Below, piece by piece: positions 1 to 13,330 of a stretch of 64,000 bases of DNA. This DNA is from Vicugna vicugna (taxonomy: Eukaryota), in the NCBI GenBank assembly GCA_013265495.1, contig MU058636.1:4499741-4563740 (forward strand). Reading direction: 5' to 3'. The first letter of the stretch is position 1. Each line of letters opens with the position of its first letter. Under the pieces are notes generated by a model. It saw only the letters and a program-made list of their open reading frames with translations, made no database searches and was not told the DNA's origin. The position numbers and the translations under genes are program-made.

Positions 1-59
1 TAAATAGATCTGCCACTGGAACATGCACAAGTTACAGAAAATAATAGTTAGGAATAACA

Positions 60-258
60 TCTTCTATTTGTGTAGCACATTATGCATTCATGTGTAGTTT
101 GATATTCAATTATGAAGCCAAGCATAGGAGTCAAATAATACTATTATCCCCAGTTTGCAAATGAAAAAACTGAGACTCTGAGTGGTTATGTAATTTACTA
201 AGAAACACACCTATCGATGGCAGAGTTCAAACCAAATTGTTTTGACTCCAGATCCAGC
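60..258 (-). mobile_element. MIR SINE
   Basis: TATTATCCCCAGTTTGCAAATGAAAAAACTGAGACTC is the reverse MIR core. Confidence 0.75.
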
Positions 259-317
259 ATTGAGTCTGTTTTTTCCTTAAAAATTATTACTTTTTCTGTT
301 TCTCTGGGACAGTATGT

Positions 318-528
318 CTCTGGAATCTGGAGACCTGAATTTCAATCCCAGTCCCACCATTCACTAAACATGTGGCCTAGACAAGGAACTTGACCTCACA
401 AAGCCTTAGATCCTAAGACCATACTGTCCAGATGATGATTGACCTACATCTTGGGATTGTGAAGATTAAGTCAGATCATACTTGTAAAGCTCAAGCATGC
501 AGGGACCACTCAATAAATGTTGGCTGTT
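318..528 (+). mobile_element. MIR SINE
   Basis: AGACCTGAATTTCAATCCCAG...GTGAAGATTAAG...CTCAATAAATGTTGG. Confidence 0.7.
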
Positions 529-1039
529 TTAATTTTTATTCTCAGAAAAATTCTTAGGGAAATGTTTTAAGAGTTGATATGAGATTTCCACTCTTTGAAC
601 TCTCAAGTTTCAGAATGTCTGGCCCAATTCTTCAACATTTTTTCTTGTTTTCCCCACCACTAATACTCTTTGGCAAAGATGTCTAACCATGCACGAGTCC
701 CCCAAACTCCATATTTCTTTCTTTCCCGTGGTTCAATGCACAATGGTTTAGCTAATTGCCCAAGAGCACAGACAAAAACCTAGTAGTAGAAATAAACCTA
801 GAATGTCCTAAGGGTTCATTAGTTAGGCAGCAAAACTCAATTATTTCTATTTGGTGTTCTCTTACCACACTTAGCAATGACCTTGTAATTCCACATGTAC
901 CACATTAAGAGTTGGTCCTCTTTTTCCGTTTCTTCTACAGTATGAATTTCTTCTGCTTATAGTTCAATTTAAATGACACTGTTGGGGAAATTCTCAAGTA
1001 ATAAATCAAAAACTGTCAACCTTACTCTTCTGGAACTAC

Positions 1040-1477
1040 AATTAGATGTATGTTAGAATTTCCCACTCTATCCTACTGATCTCTTAAGTTCTTTCGTATT
1101 TTCGGTCTCTTCCTCTGTCTGGGCTGTATTCTGGATCATGTCTTCAGATGTATCTTCCAGTTCACCAGTTCTTTCTTCTGGCTGTATTGAATTTGTTGTT
1201 AAATCTATTTCTAACTTCAATTATTGTATTTTTATCTCTAGAAGTTTGCTTCTTTGCCTAATCTATTTGCATATCTTTTAACATTTCTGGTTCCTTGAAC
1301 ATATTCTTCAATCTTGTCTTTTATTTATTTAAACATGGTATATATGGTTATTTTGGAGTCTGTATTCACTAACTCCATTATCCAAAATTCTTGGTGGGGG
1401 TCTATTTTTGCTGTCTGTTGTTTCTGTTAATTGTTTTTCATGATACCTTATTTCCTTGTGTATTTAGCTAGCTAGAT

Positions 1478-1513
<36 letters not shown>

Positions 1514-2150
1514 CTACTTATTTTCTTTGGAATTTTGTGTGTGACAGTTCTTTGAACCCAAGGCAATTATGCATTTGTTTAGAGAGGTTTGGCATCTACT
1601 TGTACCAGAACACGACCTGAGGGTACTACCCATCAAAGATCACTCCAAATCAGAATTTTGGCCTGAAATACTTTGGACTACCTAAGTGGTGTGAATTTGA
1701 GCTCCAAGCTAACATAAAGCTGATTTGTACACCCAGATTTTAACAGAGATTCTTTCCTTCTCTGTTTATTACCTAAATTTGAAAATATACTATTTATTTG
1801 GTATTTCCTTGTGTGTAGAGGAGTGGGTGTCATTTTCTATTCACTTACACTAAGGGTGTAGCCCTTTGCAGTCTCAACTTTATGTTGGAGAGGAAGTCAG
1901 ACTACGCCCCATCCAGGAGCAACCTCTAGACTCTACCAGCACCTGGTGTGGTCATGAATATCAAAGCTAAAGTTCATGCAGTTTAGCAAGTGGCCCAGAG
2001 ACAGAAAGTCAGTTGCAGTGCTCCACTTAACCATGAGTTCCTTCACCTAGGTTTTAGGTCCAAGAATTTAAATATTTTATCTAGAATGTTTAAGTTGTTT
2101 CCAGCAGGAGGGTCAGTCCATGTACCTCTTGTCCATATTGCTCAAAGCAG
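1040..2150 (-). mobile_element. Ancient L1M/HAL1-like 5'/ORF1 region
   Basis: T-rich degenerate text such as TCTTCCAGTTCACCAGTTCTTTCTTC...TTTTTATCTCTAGAAGTT, typical of antisense old L1 ORF1. Boundaries and subfamily uncertain. Confidence 0.55.
1480..1511. repeat. (TG)16 microsatellite
   Basis: Read directly. Confidence 0.97.
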
Positions 2151-3851
2151 AAGTCCCTCCCCATATTTTTACTGATTCCATCTTTGTTTCAAATTTGGTA
2201 TCAATTTGGTAAAACTGGCAACTGGAAGAAAGAAATTGGATCCAATAAAAATCAGAAACATGTGGCTAAGCAGTCAACTGAGTTACTCCTTCTAGACAAT
2301 TATACAGTTTATGCTCCTGAACTCACTCTACAATCGTGACAGTAACTGTCTTGCCAGGATGGCGACCACACTGGCCCTCGCTCAGAGGAAAGCCTCAGAC
2401 TGATTCCATGCAGGCTCCCAAGATCCACAGGGCCCTCAGCCTCTGGCTTGATGTGTCCAGAACTGCTGAGTATCAGAGTGAGAGTTGCCCACACTAGAAG
2501 GGTAGGCAGACAGTGGGGAAGGATGGGAGCGTTACATGGACTCTTTGGGATACAGTGGAGCTTATCCAGAGAAGTTCAAAGAGAAAGGGCTAAATTGACC
2601 AGCAGGTGTTCTCCCCGGAAAGCAACAAGAAAGATAGATCTGGGTTAATGAAGCTTCTCTGCAGCTCCCTAGGCTCTTGCCAGAAGACCTTTCACCTTGA
2701 CCCCACTGCCCCAACCACGACTTCTACCCCCTCCAGCTACAGTTTTCTGCCCTCCGGCCTCTGCTCCTCCTCTGTTCTTTTCCAGTCTGATGTCATTTAT
2801 CAAGCAGAAAAATCTCTCTGTATAAATAGGCATCCAAATCTTTTTCTGTGGAGCAGTTTTCATAGCCTTTTGAGCAAGACAAAGACAAATTTGGAGCTGT
2901 GGGTTAAGGCTATAGTTTCAAGATTTGTTTTTAAACTTTCTTGAACTGGTTAAATACTTAGAAAATTCAAAGTACATACAAAGAATATTCCCTTTTTTTT
3001 GGTTTTATAAGTTAGAATGTAATTTTTTAAATGACTGCAAACTAAGTTTCTGCTGTTGTATCCGTTTACTGCATGAGAAACCAGTCAAAACGCAGCGGCT
3101 CAGTGCACGTTTATTGTTGCCCTACATCCGAGGCTCTTCACGTCTGGGCCTGCTCGCCGGGGGCTGGGCGGCCCAGGACATGCTCATTCACACGCCTGGG
3201 CTCTTGGTGTGGGCAGCTCAGATGGACGGGGCCTACTTCACATGGTCTCTCATCCCAGGAAGCCAACCCAGGCTCGCTCATGTGTGGCCAGAGGGTTCTC
3301 AGCAGCAAGGGAGGAAGCCCCCGCGCACAAGTCCCGTTGCCAAAGCAAGGCACGCGGGCACGCTCAGATCTGAGGGCTGGAGAGATAGTCCTCCTCTTGC
3401 CGGAAGGAGCTTCCAGGTCCTACCTCAAGTGAACAAACAGGGAAGGATTGTGATCATTTATCCTGCAGTAGACTGCAATTAAAAGTATCGTTTCATAGAA
3501 AAGAAGTATCTTACCAAAAAAAGGATAAAAATTCCTTAAGTGTCAAATATTTTTAGCTTTATGAAAAAACCTCACCACATTGTCCTTTATTATTATTATT
3601 ACTATTATTACTAATACCAGGGACTGTTGAAAACTTCATTCCTGTCCCATTATTTTAGAAAACAGTGCTGGGAACTCTGATGTTAGGAAACTGAATCTGG
3701 CAGCATTGCCTCAGATTAGAGAGAAGGGTGGGAGACTAGAGGGAGGGAGGCCAGATAAGAATCCAGATAAAAGATAATGTGAGAGCATGAAGTGGCCGCT
3801 GAAATAATGAGGGAGCAGGGAAATATGATAAGTAGCTTGGGGAGGCTGGGC

Positions 3852-3917
3852 TGTGTGTGCGCATGTGCACATGCGTGCGCGTGCGTGCGCGCGCGTGTGT
3901 GTGTGTGTGTGTGTGTA
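3852..3917. repeat. Compound TG/CG/CA alternating purine-pyrimidine tract
   Basis: Read directly; 66 nt of uninterrupted alternation. Confidence 0.95.
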
Positions 3918-3992
3918 AGTGTAAGGGAAAGGATGGAGTCCTGATCCTGGGGATTCCACTTTGGGATAATCCAAAAACTTGATAAGCATCCA

Positions 3993-4452
3993 TATTGGTT
4001 TTCTATTATAGAGTGACAAGCTGCCACTAACTAAGCAATTTAAAACAACACCCAAGTTTTATCTCACCGTTTGCTTGGGTGAGGAATCAGGCATGTGTAA
4101 GATTGTTGGCAGAACCCAAATCCTTGCCGTTGTAGGACTGAGGACCTCGTGTCCTTGTTGGCTGTGAGCTGGGACCCTGCTGTCTTCAAGCCAGGAAGGG
4201 GACGTCGAAGCCCCCACGTTGCTGCCAGTCTTCTGCCCTCTTCTGCCACCAGCCCGAGGAAGCGCTCTGCTTTGAAGGGCTCATGTGATCAGATCCACCC
4301 TGCTCGATAATCTCCCTGTTTTAAGGTCACTTCTGCCATGTGACATAACACTGCATAACACGATCGTGGGAGTGGTATCCCATCAAATTCATGGGGTCTG
4401 GGGATTAGGGCAGGACAGCTTTGGGGAGCAAGTTTAGAAATTCTGCCTACCA
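3993..4452 (-). mobile_element. ERVL-MaLR solo LTR (MLT1 family)
   Basis: Begins TATTGGTTTTCTATT...TTTAAAACAACAC, contains GTTGTAGGACTGAGG and AAGGGCTCATGTGAT, ends TTAGAAATTCTGCCTACCA. Confidence 0.8.
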
Positions 4453-4726
4453 AGTCATCTCTTGGAAAAGGATCATGATACAATTAGATTTTTTTTTTCA
4501 TGAAGATATAATTTTATTGTGAAATCATTATCATCTCACAGGATTATTGTTTGACACATATATTAACAATAAGAAAATGGGTTGTGAATATAAAGAGCTG
4601 GAATGAGCACAGACTCACAGACTTGGACTTTGAAAACCACTTCCACTCCTTATAAGCCAGATGACCTTAGGCAGGTCAGTGGCATCCAGGGAACATCTGT
4701 CCTCCTTGGGGTTTTATTACTGCCTG

Positions 4727-4739
4727 CCACTAGGTGTCA
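4727..4739 (+). promoter_or_regulatory. Candidate CTCF site
   Basis: CCACTAGGTGTCA, one deviation from the CTCF core. Motif only. Confidence 0.4.
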
Positions 4740-6246
4740 CCTACACAGCTGGGAGAAGATAGGCTCCTGGTGGCTGTTTCCTCTCTCTCGGGGGCTGAGC
4801 TGGACAGAGATCTGTGAAGCCTCCCTGTTGTGGATTCCAGAATTCGAGCTCCTCGTCCCTGGGAGATTCAGAAGCTTGGAGGGACCTTGAGGAATCCAGT
4901 TCTTCCAAAGGTGCGAGCCACACACAGGAAGGGGCTTATCATCTGTGCAGTAGCGGGTGGGGATATGGGCGGTGATGAGGAGATGGGCTGCGATGCCTTT
5001 GTTAGGCCTTGCACGTCCTTCGCCGAGACCCTGCGGCCTGTCTGGTTTTGGCAGAGAAGTGAAGCTTTCTCTTGCCCTGCCCGCCTCAGCAGCAGGGCTT
5101 GGCACCTTCGAGACAGGAGTGGATGATATGGGCCAACGTGAAAACCAAAGTGCTGGCATTCAGGGTCCCCGATGGAGGGGTGGAATTCCTTGTTGCAAAG
5201 GCCCACGTGACACTTGGCTGGACCATGTTCCCTGTTGTTCTTCACTGGGTCAAACAAACAAACTTTAGATACACCTCGGGGCCCCCAGGTTTCTAGGTCA
5301 GGAAGCCGGCAGGAGAGGGCAGAGCCGTGTAGATTTGAGCCCAGGCCCACTGCACGCAGGGTGCCAATAGAATATAAGACTTGCCAAAGAGAACTCTCTT
5401 GCAGGATGTAGGATGCAGGCTTAGAAAGAGACGCCAGCTCTAAATTGATGCTTGTTACCTGTTGCGGTGAATGAGCTACAATGAGGGGATGCATGTCTCT
5501 GTTTGCTTCTTTAGCACCAGACTCCAATTATCCAACTCCTCTAGCAGTAACTGCACGTGTCTTCATTAACCAGTACCACTGAGGGAAATACAGACCTCAC
5601 CAGTTCAACAGCATGTTTTATTAATGCATATACTCTCTGTGCAGAGATCACTGATGTTTCAACAGCTTAATGGTACATGGAAGGCTTCAGTATTTTAAAA
5701 GCACACAGAAAAATGTAGAAGGTGAATTATAAGGGAATTGATTTTTTTTTTCTTACCTTGTGTTATGGGAAAGTTAGTCTTGAGAGTTATCCCCAGAAGC
5801 TGGAGTCTGCAGCCTTTTATGACTTTCTCAAAAGGACATTAGAATATGAAGAAATAACAGGAAAACAAATCAGTTGTGACTTTGCAAAAGACATTTATCC
5901 AAGCAGATAATACAATAACTAAATCAAATAGTCAAGAGATCCAGACAGTGTAAAGGCCATGCAGGCCTGTACGTCTTAAGGTTCCAGCAATCCAGTGGGA
6001 GACTGGGATCTGTGAACACCCGTGGGCCCCTGGCCCTCCCCTCGGCTGGCTTGTTCTCTGGTAGGGACCTGGGTTTTAGTCAAGGACCTGTTTCTCCTTG
6101 CCAGTGAGTCTCGGCTTGTGTCTGGAACATGAATTCATGAAGTGTAAAACCCTGGGATCTGTGCACATGCCCGTGTCTTTTCTTAACGTCATTTATAATC
6201 TGATCCTTTTTCCTCTTTCAGTTCTGCCTTGACAGTCCTGAGTAGG

Positions 6247-6320
6247 TTTATTTTTTATGCTAGAAGTAGATTTTGATGATGAGTTTTATTTTTTATGTTA
6301 GAAGTGTATTTGGTGATGAG
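6247..6320. repeat. Two-copy tandem duplication, unit about 37 bp
   Basis: TTTATTTTTTATGCTAGAAGTAGATTTTGATGATGAG followed by TTTATTTTTTATGTTAGAAGTGTATTTGGTGATGAG. Confidence 0.85.
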
Positions 6321-9300
6321 AGAGATTTCCGGTTTTGCAAAAGGAGTAATAAGGATGAATGGCGTTTTCAAGTTTTTACTGTGGATCAATATAATCCTCA
6401 TTATGACCCTTTGAGATAGACTGTTATTAGGATCTCAGTTTATAGAAACCTAGGGCTCAGGAGGGTTTAGTGATGTTCCCAGGGACGTGGCTAGGATGGG
6501 ATGGAGCAGGACTCCTAGCTGGGCTGGAGGACTCCGGACACCACTTTGGGGCGTCTGCCCATGGTGTTTGTCAGGAAGTTTGTGCTCAGCTGAGCCTGTG
6601 CCCGGAGTCTGCCATGTCCCCATGGACAGCGTGTCCCCGTGGACAGCACGACACAGGCTGGCAGTCCTAAAGGGGAGTCCCCAGCCCTTCAAATATATGA
6701 AATGGGCTTTCGCCTTCGGGCCGTCTTTCTACCGCCCATTTCAAAGGAGGAACTGGTTTTTCCAAGCCCCACTCTCCTAATTTGCAAAATGGGTTTAATT
6801 TTTCCTCTGCTTAAAATATATAAAGTATAGGAACCTCAGACCACATAACGTAGTCATGTACTCATGGAAATATCTTGAATCACCTCATATCAGGTGTTAC
6901 TGTAATTTTCTCTTATAATTCAGCTTTAATACATAGATGAGGCCTAAATTCTATTTTTCCTTGAAATTACCATGCCATTTTCTGATAAGAATTACTTTTA
7001 GATTCTTTTTAAAATACCTAGATTGTATTTTGCTTCTTGACAGATATTTTGTGAGTTTTGTGTTTCCTCTGGAAAAAGGGGTAGGGAGGTACGCCATTGA
7101 AAAACAACTTTAGAGCACTTTCTTGCTTGCCCCTAAGATAGCATTTAATGGAGAATCTCCACTCCCAGGACCGTGCTGGCATCCTCACTCAGCCGAGTGT
7201 GCGGGAGCATTTTGAGATGAATTCTTAATCACGAAGAATAAATTCTTCTAAGAGCAGAGGCCAGGCTGGGGGGAAATATGCTCCCTGTTTGTAAGGATTA
7301 TCTTATTTGTCCATGACAAAAGCTCTGCTGTGGAGGTCACGTTTTCTCCCAGAATGTTCTAGAAAGTGAGTTACAAGAACACAGTAAATCAAATCTCGTC
7401 TCCTGCACATTGGTGAGTGTCACGGCCAGGCCAGGACACAGTGGCCTGATTGCACAGATTAAGCTGCTGAGTGACTTCACCTGGCGGCCACAGGAGGCAT
7501 CAAGTGTCACCTTGGAAATGGACCACGGGCCAAGATGCTCTCCAACTTAGAAGCAACCCAGATCTATGCAATAAAAAATAAAACATGGCAACCAGTTTGG
7601 GTGGATCACCTTTCTTAAACTCAGTCAAATTTTTATTTTAAAAAAAGTCAAAATTCTTTTAGTCTTTCAAAAAAGAGACATTATCTTCTACTCCAAAAAC
7701 AGCCAGAGTTAGACTTGTGTACAAAGTGCATGTTTAGTTGGTGACACATTGGAGAATTGTTTTTGTGAAGTAGCATGTTCCTTTTCTTCCCCATAAAATA
7801 ATTTTTGAGCTGTAACTTTTGTTCAGATTATTGATGTGCCAGGTTTTGTACCCTAGCCAGTATGATTTTATTTAACCTTATTAAAGTGCCGTGAATGTCA
7901 GAGTGGCTCAGTTCCTGTTTAAACCTTCCTATGCTAACATCATATATCCGTCTGAAATTCCAAGATCATGTGCCTCAAAATAATCAACAGGCAGATCATT
8001 TATTCAAAACTCAGTTTCCTCTTCCCAAAGCTTAGGATCTTATTTATTCTTATTGTAAAACTGCTTAAAAAAACAGAACTTGGAACTGCCCCAAATGAAT
8101 CTTTGTTATAGTTATTTACTGAATATATACACATGACTTTGATTTTGGTATTGATACAGAATCAGTCAGTTCAGCGATGGTCTTCGTGTGAATATTCCTA
8201 CTCTCACCTTTCCCTGTTTGCTGTCCTTTTCTTCCTCTGCCCCGTGTTTCAGCCCACATCACTTCTCTAGTTGAACCATCTTTCTGGTGGCCCACCAGCA
8301 GGCATACCCTGGGAATTAGATGAACTCTACCTACCTTCTCTCTTGAATTCAGGGTACTAGGTGTCAGGGTACTCCTAGCATGCAAGAAACTGTACAGAGC
8401 ATTTGCATGTTTAGCTATGTTGCAGGCATGTGAGGGCAGGGGTTTATTTTATACCTTTCTGGGTTCTCATTTTTTAAAAGTATGTCTCGATGGCTTAAAT
8501 TATTTTATCTTCTTACCTTTTGACTCCTCTCTTGAATGATTTTTTTCATTCCTCTTATGTGGACTGTAATGGATTGTTCTACGTGGAAGTTTATGGTAAA
8601 ATTTTTCTCTCTCCATCTATGTCTGCCTTTATTCTCTTTTCCCAAATCCACACCCAGTGTCACTCACTGCAGGGAGAACTCAGAGGTCAAATGGGAGCTG
8701 CTGAAAACGTCCAAGGCGCAGAAGCACAGCTGACTGTAGGAAGCCCCATCGTGCCATGCAGAGATAAAAGGGGAAAAACTCAAAAAAAGGACTTTAACCT
8801 GTTAGTATCAGGAACTTTGTCTTTAAATTTCTTTCGGAGCCTAGAACTAGTGATTCTCAACCTCTTAGACTCCACTTCCCCTTTTATCACAAATATTTTG
8901 TCACATCCCCTTTATTTTTCTGAAATGAAATTGAAAGATACTACAGTTCACCTAGCCATATAATTTCTTTTTAAAAAATTTGTATTTAAATATCCATATC
9001 TGGATCTCATATCTGTAATATAAAAAGAGAAAGGTAAGGAAAGTAATTGGTGATAAACTACTTGGAATGTCAACACCCTCAGTACTCTGACACTGTTACA
9101 CGGACAGACACACTGAGATAGATACACGCACCTGTCCCAGAGCCACCGTTAATGCACAGTTTGGAGGTAGCAACAAACATAATACGTTGGAAGGGAGGCA
9201 TCAGGGGAGTGGTCCAGGAGATGGCCGAGAAAGGATAGTGGTGGTGGTGATGGTGGCTGGAAGGAGTTTGCCTCTTGGGGAGAAATGTGAAGAAAATGGA

Positions 9301-9724
9301 CTATACTTCAATAAATACATATTTCATATAAATATATGTATATGTGTGTGTGTATATATATATGGAAATTGTTTGGCAGAGTGGGGACCAGACTGATTAT
9401 TTACTTTTGACCAGAATTACTGAGAATTACTTTAAAAGACCGGATGTTAACTATGAGTTCCATTTTTAACAAATACATTCCTCAGGGATTTGTTTTTTCA
9501 TTTTACTTCTTGTGTCAGTGAAAACACAGTGTTCGTGGTCAGATTTTGGACTGAATGCTTAGTGATCATGTTATGCAAGTATCTGGAAACAAGAATTAGA
9601 AAAGAGAAAATGTTATCTTTTGTCATTATTTTATTTTATTATTATAGTTTATTATTTTGTATTGCCTTTGTTCGGTTAAGTCATGTTAGAATAGCTGGGC
9701 ACCCAAAGTTAAAGGCAGGCTGTG

Positions 9725-9930
9725 TGCTGAGCTATGCTTGGGGTTGGAATCGGAAGCCACAGCCGTACCACCTTAGGCAGTAACTTCTCCCTGATGAACC
9801 TCAGCTTTCCCATCTTTAGCATAGGGGTAATACCGCCCTCATAAACACACACACAGGTGTTTGAATTAAGTGCAGTAACATGTAAATTAGCCCACTGTGT
9901 GGCATCTAGAAGGCACTTAATAAATATTAA
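9725..9930 (+). mobile_element. MIR SINE
   Basis: CCTCAGCTTTCCCATCTTTAGCATAGGGGTAATA...CACTTAATAAATATT. Confidence 0.65.
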
Positions 9931-10049
9931 GTCTCTTATTAGACTAAGATATTTAACCCCTTTAAAAGGGGGTGAAATTTGTGTTCCATCACAGAACTAG
10001 TAAAGTTTATGAAAATTACATCTCATCAGCCAAGCAAGTATTTATTATC

Positions 10050-10210
10050 TGAATGACCTTGGGTTCTCTAAACTTTAGTCTTTTTGTCTATAAAATAGGG
10101 ATAATAGACCAAGCTCAGAGAGTTGTTACGTGAATCAAGTGCGGTGGTGCATGAAAAGTGCTAAGCACATTCGCTGGCACAAAGCAGTCTCTCCATAAAC
10201 ATGATCACTG
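10050..10210 (+). mobile_element. MIR SINE
   Basis: TCTATAAAATAGGGATAATA...GTTGTTACGTGAATCAAG...TGGCACAAAG. Confidence 0.65.
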
Positions 10211-10299
10211 GTGCAGCTATGCTGTTAATATCGTATGATGCCTACTATGTGCATGCACCTATCCTAACTCCATCTATAGTGAAGTCCTAAGTAGGGTGT

Positions 10300-10445
10300 A
10301 TTTTTAAAATTTCATCTTTATTGAGGTGAAAGTAAATTTATAAAATTATTTATAAAATGGTAAGATTTTAAATTGCACGTCGTGGTGGCTTGATACACAT
10401 TCACATTGTGAAAGTATTCCGCTCATTCTGTTAATTAACACATCT
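10300..10445 (-). mobile_element. L1 3' end fragment
   Basis: TTTATTGAGGTGAAA...GATACACATTCACATTGTGAAA...TTAATTAACACATC resembles an antisense L1 3' UTR. Confidence 0.65.
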
Positions 10446-12524
10446 AGTTATGTACTGTTAATGTTCCTATTTTCACATGGGCAGGAGCTGAAGAATGGGG
10501 AAATAAGATGTTCTGCTCAGGGTTACCAATTGGTTAATTGGTAAGGTTGGACTTGAACACAGACCTTCCAGTTGCAGGTCTGGAGTGTTTTCCACCCATG
10601 CCAGTGCTGCCGTGAACCTTTGCAATGTGCCAGGATAACCCTTTCCTTCAACCCCCACTTTAAAAATGATTCATAGACCAGTTTGGAAACCACTGGACAG
10701 AGTAACAAACGCTTCTTGAGGCCCCAGAGCCTCCAGTGACATTTTATATAGTACCAGTCCTGCCTCGTCCAAGCCCTGCCTTTCCAGGGAGGACGATCAG
10801 GATGGAACAGATAATCCTAACCTTAGCACCTCCTCTGTTTGTCAGTGCGTTTCTCCCCAGCGCCTGCGTGCTGATGCAGCGGGCTGTGGGAGCTGGGTGG
10901 GAAATTTGACCATTAGGAACTATTCAACACAGCTTACCTTTCAGTACTGATCACTGCTACCAGGGGCTGTGAACAGGTCTGAGTTATCATCGTCTATGTC
11001 ATAGTCAAGTATTTTAATCTGTTTGTCAATCAGTGTTGATCATTTCTTGGGTTCCATTTAGAGTGGGAGTATTTCTTAAGAAAATAAATATTTTGGTGGT
11101 ACAGCTAGAATATAAACAAACACGGAAGTGGAGGCACTACCAACCCAGACATGTGTTGGGCTGTGGAAGTTGCCATCGTGGCTCCATGCGTCGTGTTACT
11201 CTTGGCACCCAGCAGGATGTTAGCAAGTCGGAAGTCGAGTTGATGGGAGCCAGCAAATGTTAAACATCTGCCAAAGTGATTTATGAAACAAAATTTTCTT
11301 TATTGAAAATGTTTGTGATTTTTCAGTTCACCTGAACGTTGTAATGCTCGGCATTTCTGAGCCATAGGAAGGGCCTGAAATCTTGACATTGGGACGTAGC
11401 ATCTTCTGTGGAGTGGAGGTGGGAGGCTGTCCTATCTCCCTTCCTCTTTTGTATTCAAGGACAGGCCTAGTTTTCAAAATCTCCATAAGGTCATCTGGTG
11501 ATATTTTGTGTGTGTGTGACTGAATGGTTGTGATGGAGAGTGTACAGGCTCATCTGTGAGAGCAGAGTCTGTGCCAAAAGAATCCTTGGAACAACAACAG
11601 CAAAATTCACAAGCTTCTTGTGAGTTTCACTGTGTTCTTTGAATGCTGGCTTCTTGAAAGATCTATGGGCAGCCAGAGGCACAGCAAGGATTAGGCACAG
11701 CCAGAACTCACCATCTGCCACTGCTCTTGGGAGTATAAGAAGAAGATGGTAATTTTTACTATTATTAATTATTCATCATTGGTCATTAAGACTCCTCAGT
11801 CTTCTGCGGTTGGAGCTCATGCATTAAATTAAATGGACATGAGAAACAGAAATGTCTGTCTCCCTTAATAAAAAACTTGAAAAGAGTAGGCTCTAAGAAA
11901 ACAATTTATAGTAAATTATACTTAAAATTTATTTTATTTTCTCTGTGTTAGGCGGTAATACATTCAGGCTGAAGAAATGCCAAATATAAGTGGATGGGCC
12001 TGTTACTGTCACTGAAAGTCATATACAAAGGCAGATGTTTAACTGTGGGCCTTTACTGTGAGGAGCGTCTATAGTTCAGTGAACAGTAGTAGCAGTAGAT
12101 TTATAAAATTTCAGCTTTGAGCAGGGACCCTGAAGTAGCCTAAAATTGTGCCCTCGACCAGAAACTTCTCAGTAATATCCTCACAGACAGCGTGTTTGGC
12201 TTTTGTTCAGATCCCTCCAGTGGCAGGAAAAGCTTTATCTCTGGAGGAGAGTCACTCACTTAGTGTATTTACTGAGCACCTCCTATGCGCCTGTCTTCAT
12301 GGAGCTCACCTCAGCCACAAATGATAAATTCAGTAATTAAATAAATTAGATATGACTGCTCATTTATTCCATGTTAAAATGTCTCTTTTTACCAGAAAGT
12401 GTTCCCTTATAGTTTCTTCTCTATAATGGCTGTTATTATATTTGAAGAAAATACCCATTGCCCTCTTAATGCACCTCATTTTCAAATTATACATGCTTAG
12501 CTGGTTAAGCAGTTACTTATACAC

Positions 12525-12873
12525 ATTAGTTTGCCGTAACAAAGTACCACATCCTGGGTGCGGCGAGCAGCAGACGTTGGCTCAGAGGTCTGGAGGCTGG
12601 AAGTCCAAGATCAATGCGTTGTCGGGATTGGTTACTTCTTGGCCTGCAGATGGCCGTCTTCTCCCTGTGTCTTCACATGATCTTTTCTCCATGTATGTCT
12701 GTGTCATAATCTCCTTTAAGGACACCAGTCAAATTCAATTAGGATGCTAGCGACCTTGTTTTAACCTAATTACCTCCTTAAAGACCCTACTCCAAATGCA
12801 GTCACATTCTGCAGTGCTGGGGGTTAGGACTTCAACAAAAGAATTTGGTGGGAGACACAATTCAGCCCATAAC
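12525..12873 (-). mobile_element. ERVL-MaLR solo LTR (MLT1A/B-like)
   Basis: GCCGTAACAAAGTACCAC, TCTGGAGGCTGGAAGTCCAAGATCAA, GGGGGTTAGGACTTCAACA and GACACAATTCAGCCCATAAC. Confidence 0.9.
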
Positions 12874-13074
12874 GCATATTCTTAAATCGGAACACTCACA
12901 AGCAGGCGGATTACTCCACAGATAAGGAGTCAGGCAGGGTGGTCACATTCCTTGCTCTGGACATTACTTTTGAAAGCCCCGGCATATTGACTGACATTGA
13001 ACTTGCAGTCAACAAGAAATGCCAAGTCTTTAAATGACTTGCTTTTAAGTCACACCTCCCTCCATCTTTTGCAC

Positions 13075-13330
13075 AGATTATTCATTCATTCAGTTATTCA
13101 TTCACTGAATCTGTCCTAAGCACCTGCTACTTTGCAGGTTCGCACAGACACTGGGGATTGCAGCAAGGAAACAGGCAGGCAGTGTCCCTGCCTTCTTTGG
13201 AGCTTAAATTATATCTTTGAAGGGTTTCATAAGCAAGTGAACAAACAAATCTATAATTATAAATTGATATGTACTATAAAGTGAATGGACATATGAGAGG
13301 CATCCTACTTTTGATAGTTTTGGGGGAGGT
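13075..13330 (-). mobile_element. L2 3' fragment
   Basis: ATTCATTCATTCA start, AGCACCTGCTACTTTGCAGG, GTCCCTGCCTT...GGAGCTT. Confidence 0.7.

Noticed and set aside
3711..4055. His/Thr/Ala/Arg-repeat ORFs
   Set aside because: These are translations of the dinucleotide tract.
4868..5527. 219-aa minus-strand ORF
   Set aside because: Non-ATG start and no recognisable domain. Overlapping ORFs in several frames reflect local GC content.
6003..6167. Repeated CTGGGATCTGTG(A/C)ACA about 150 bp apart
   Set aside because: Only two short copies and no array or spacer structure. Not CRISPR-like.
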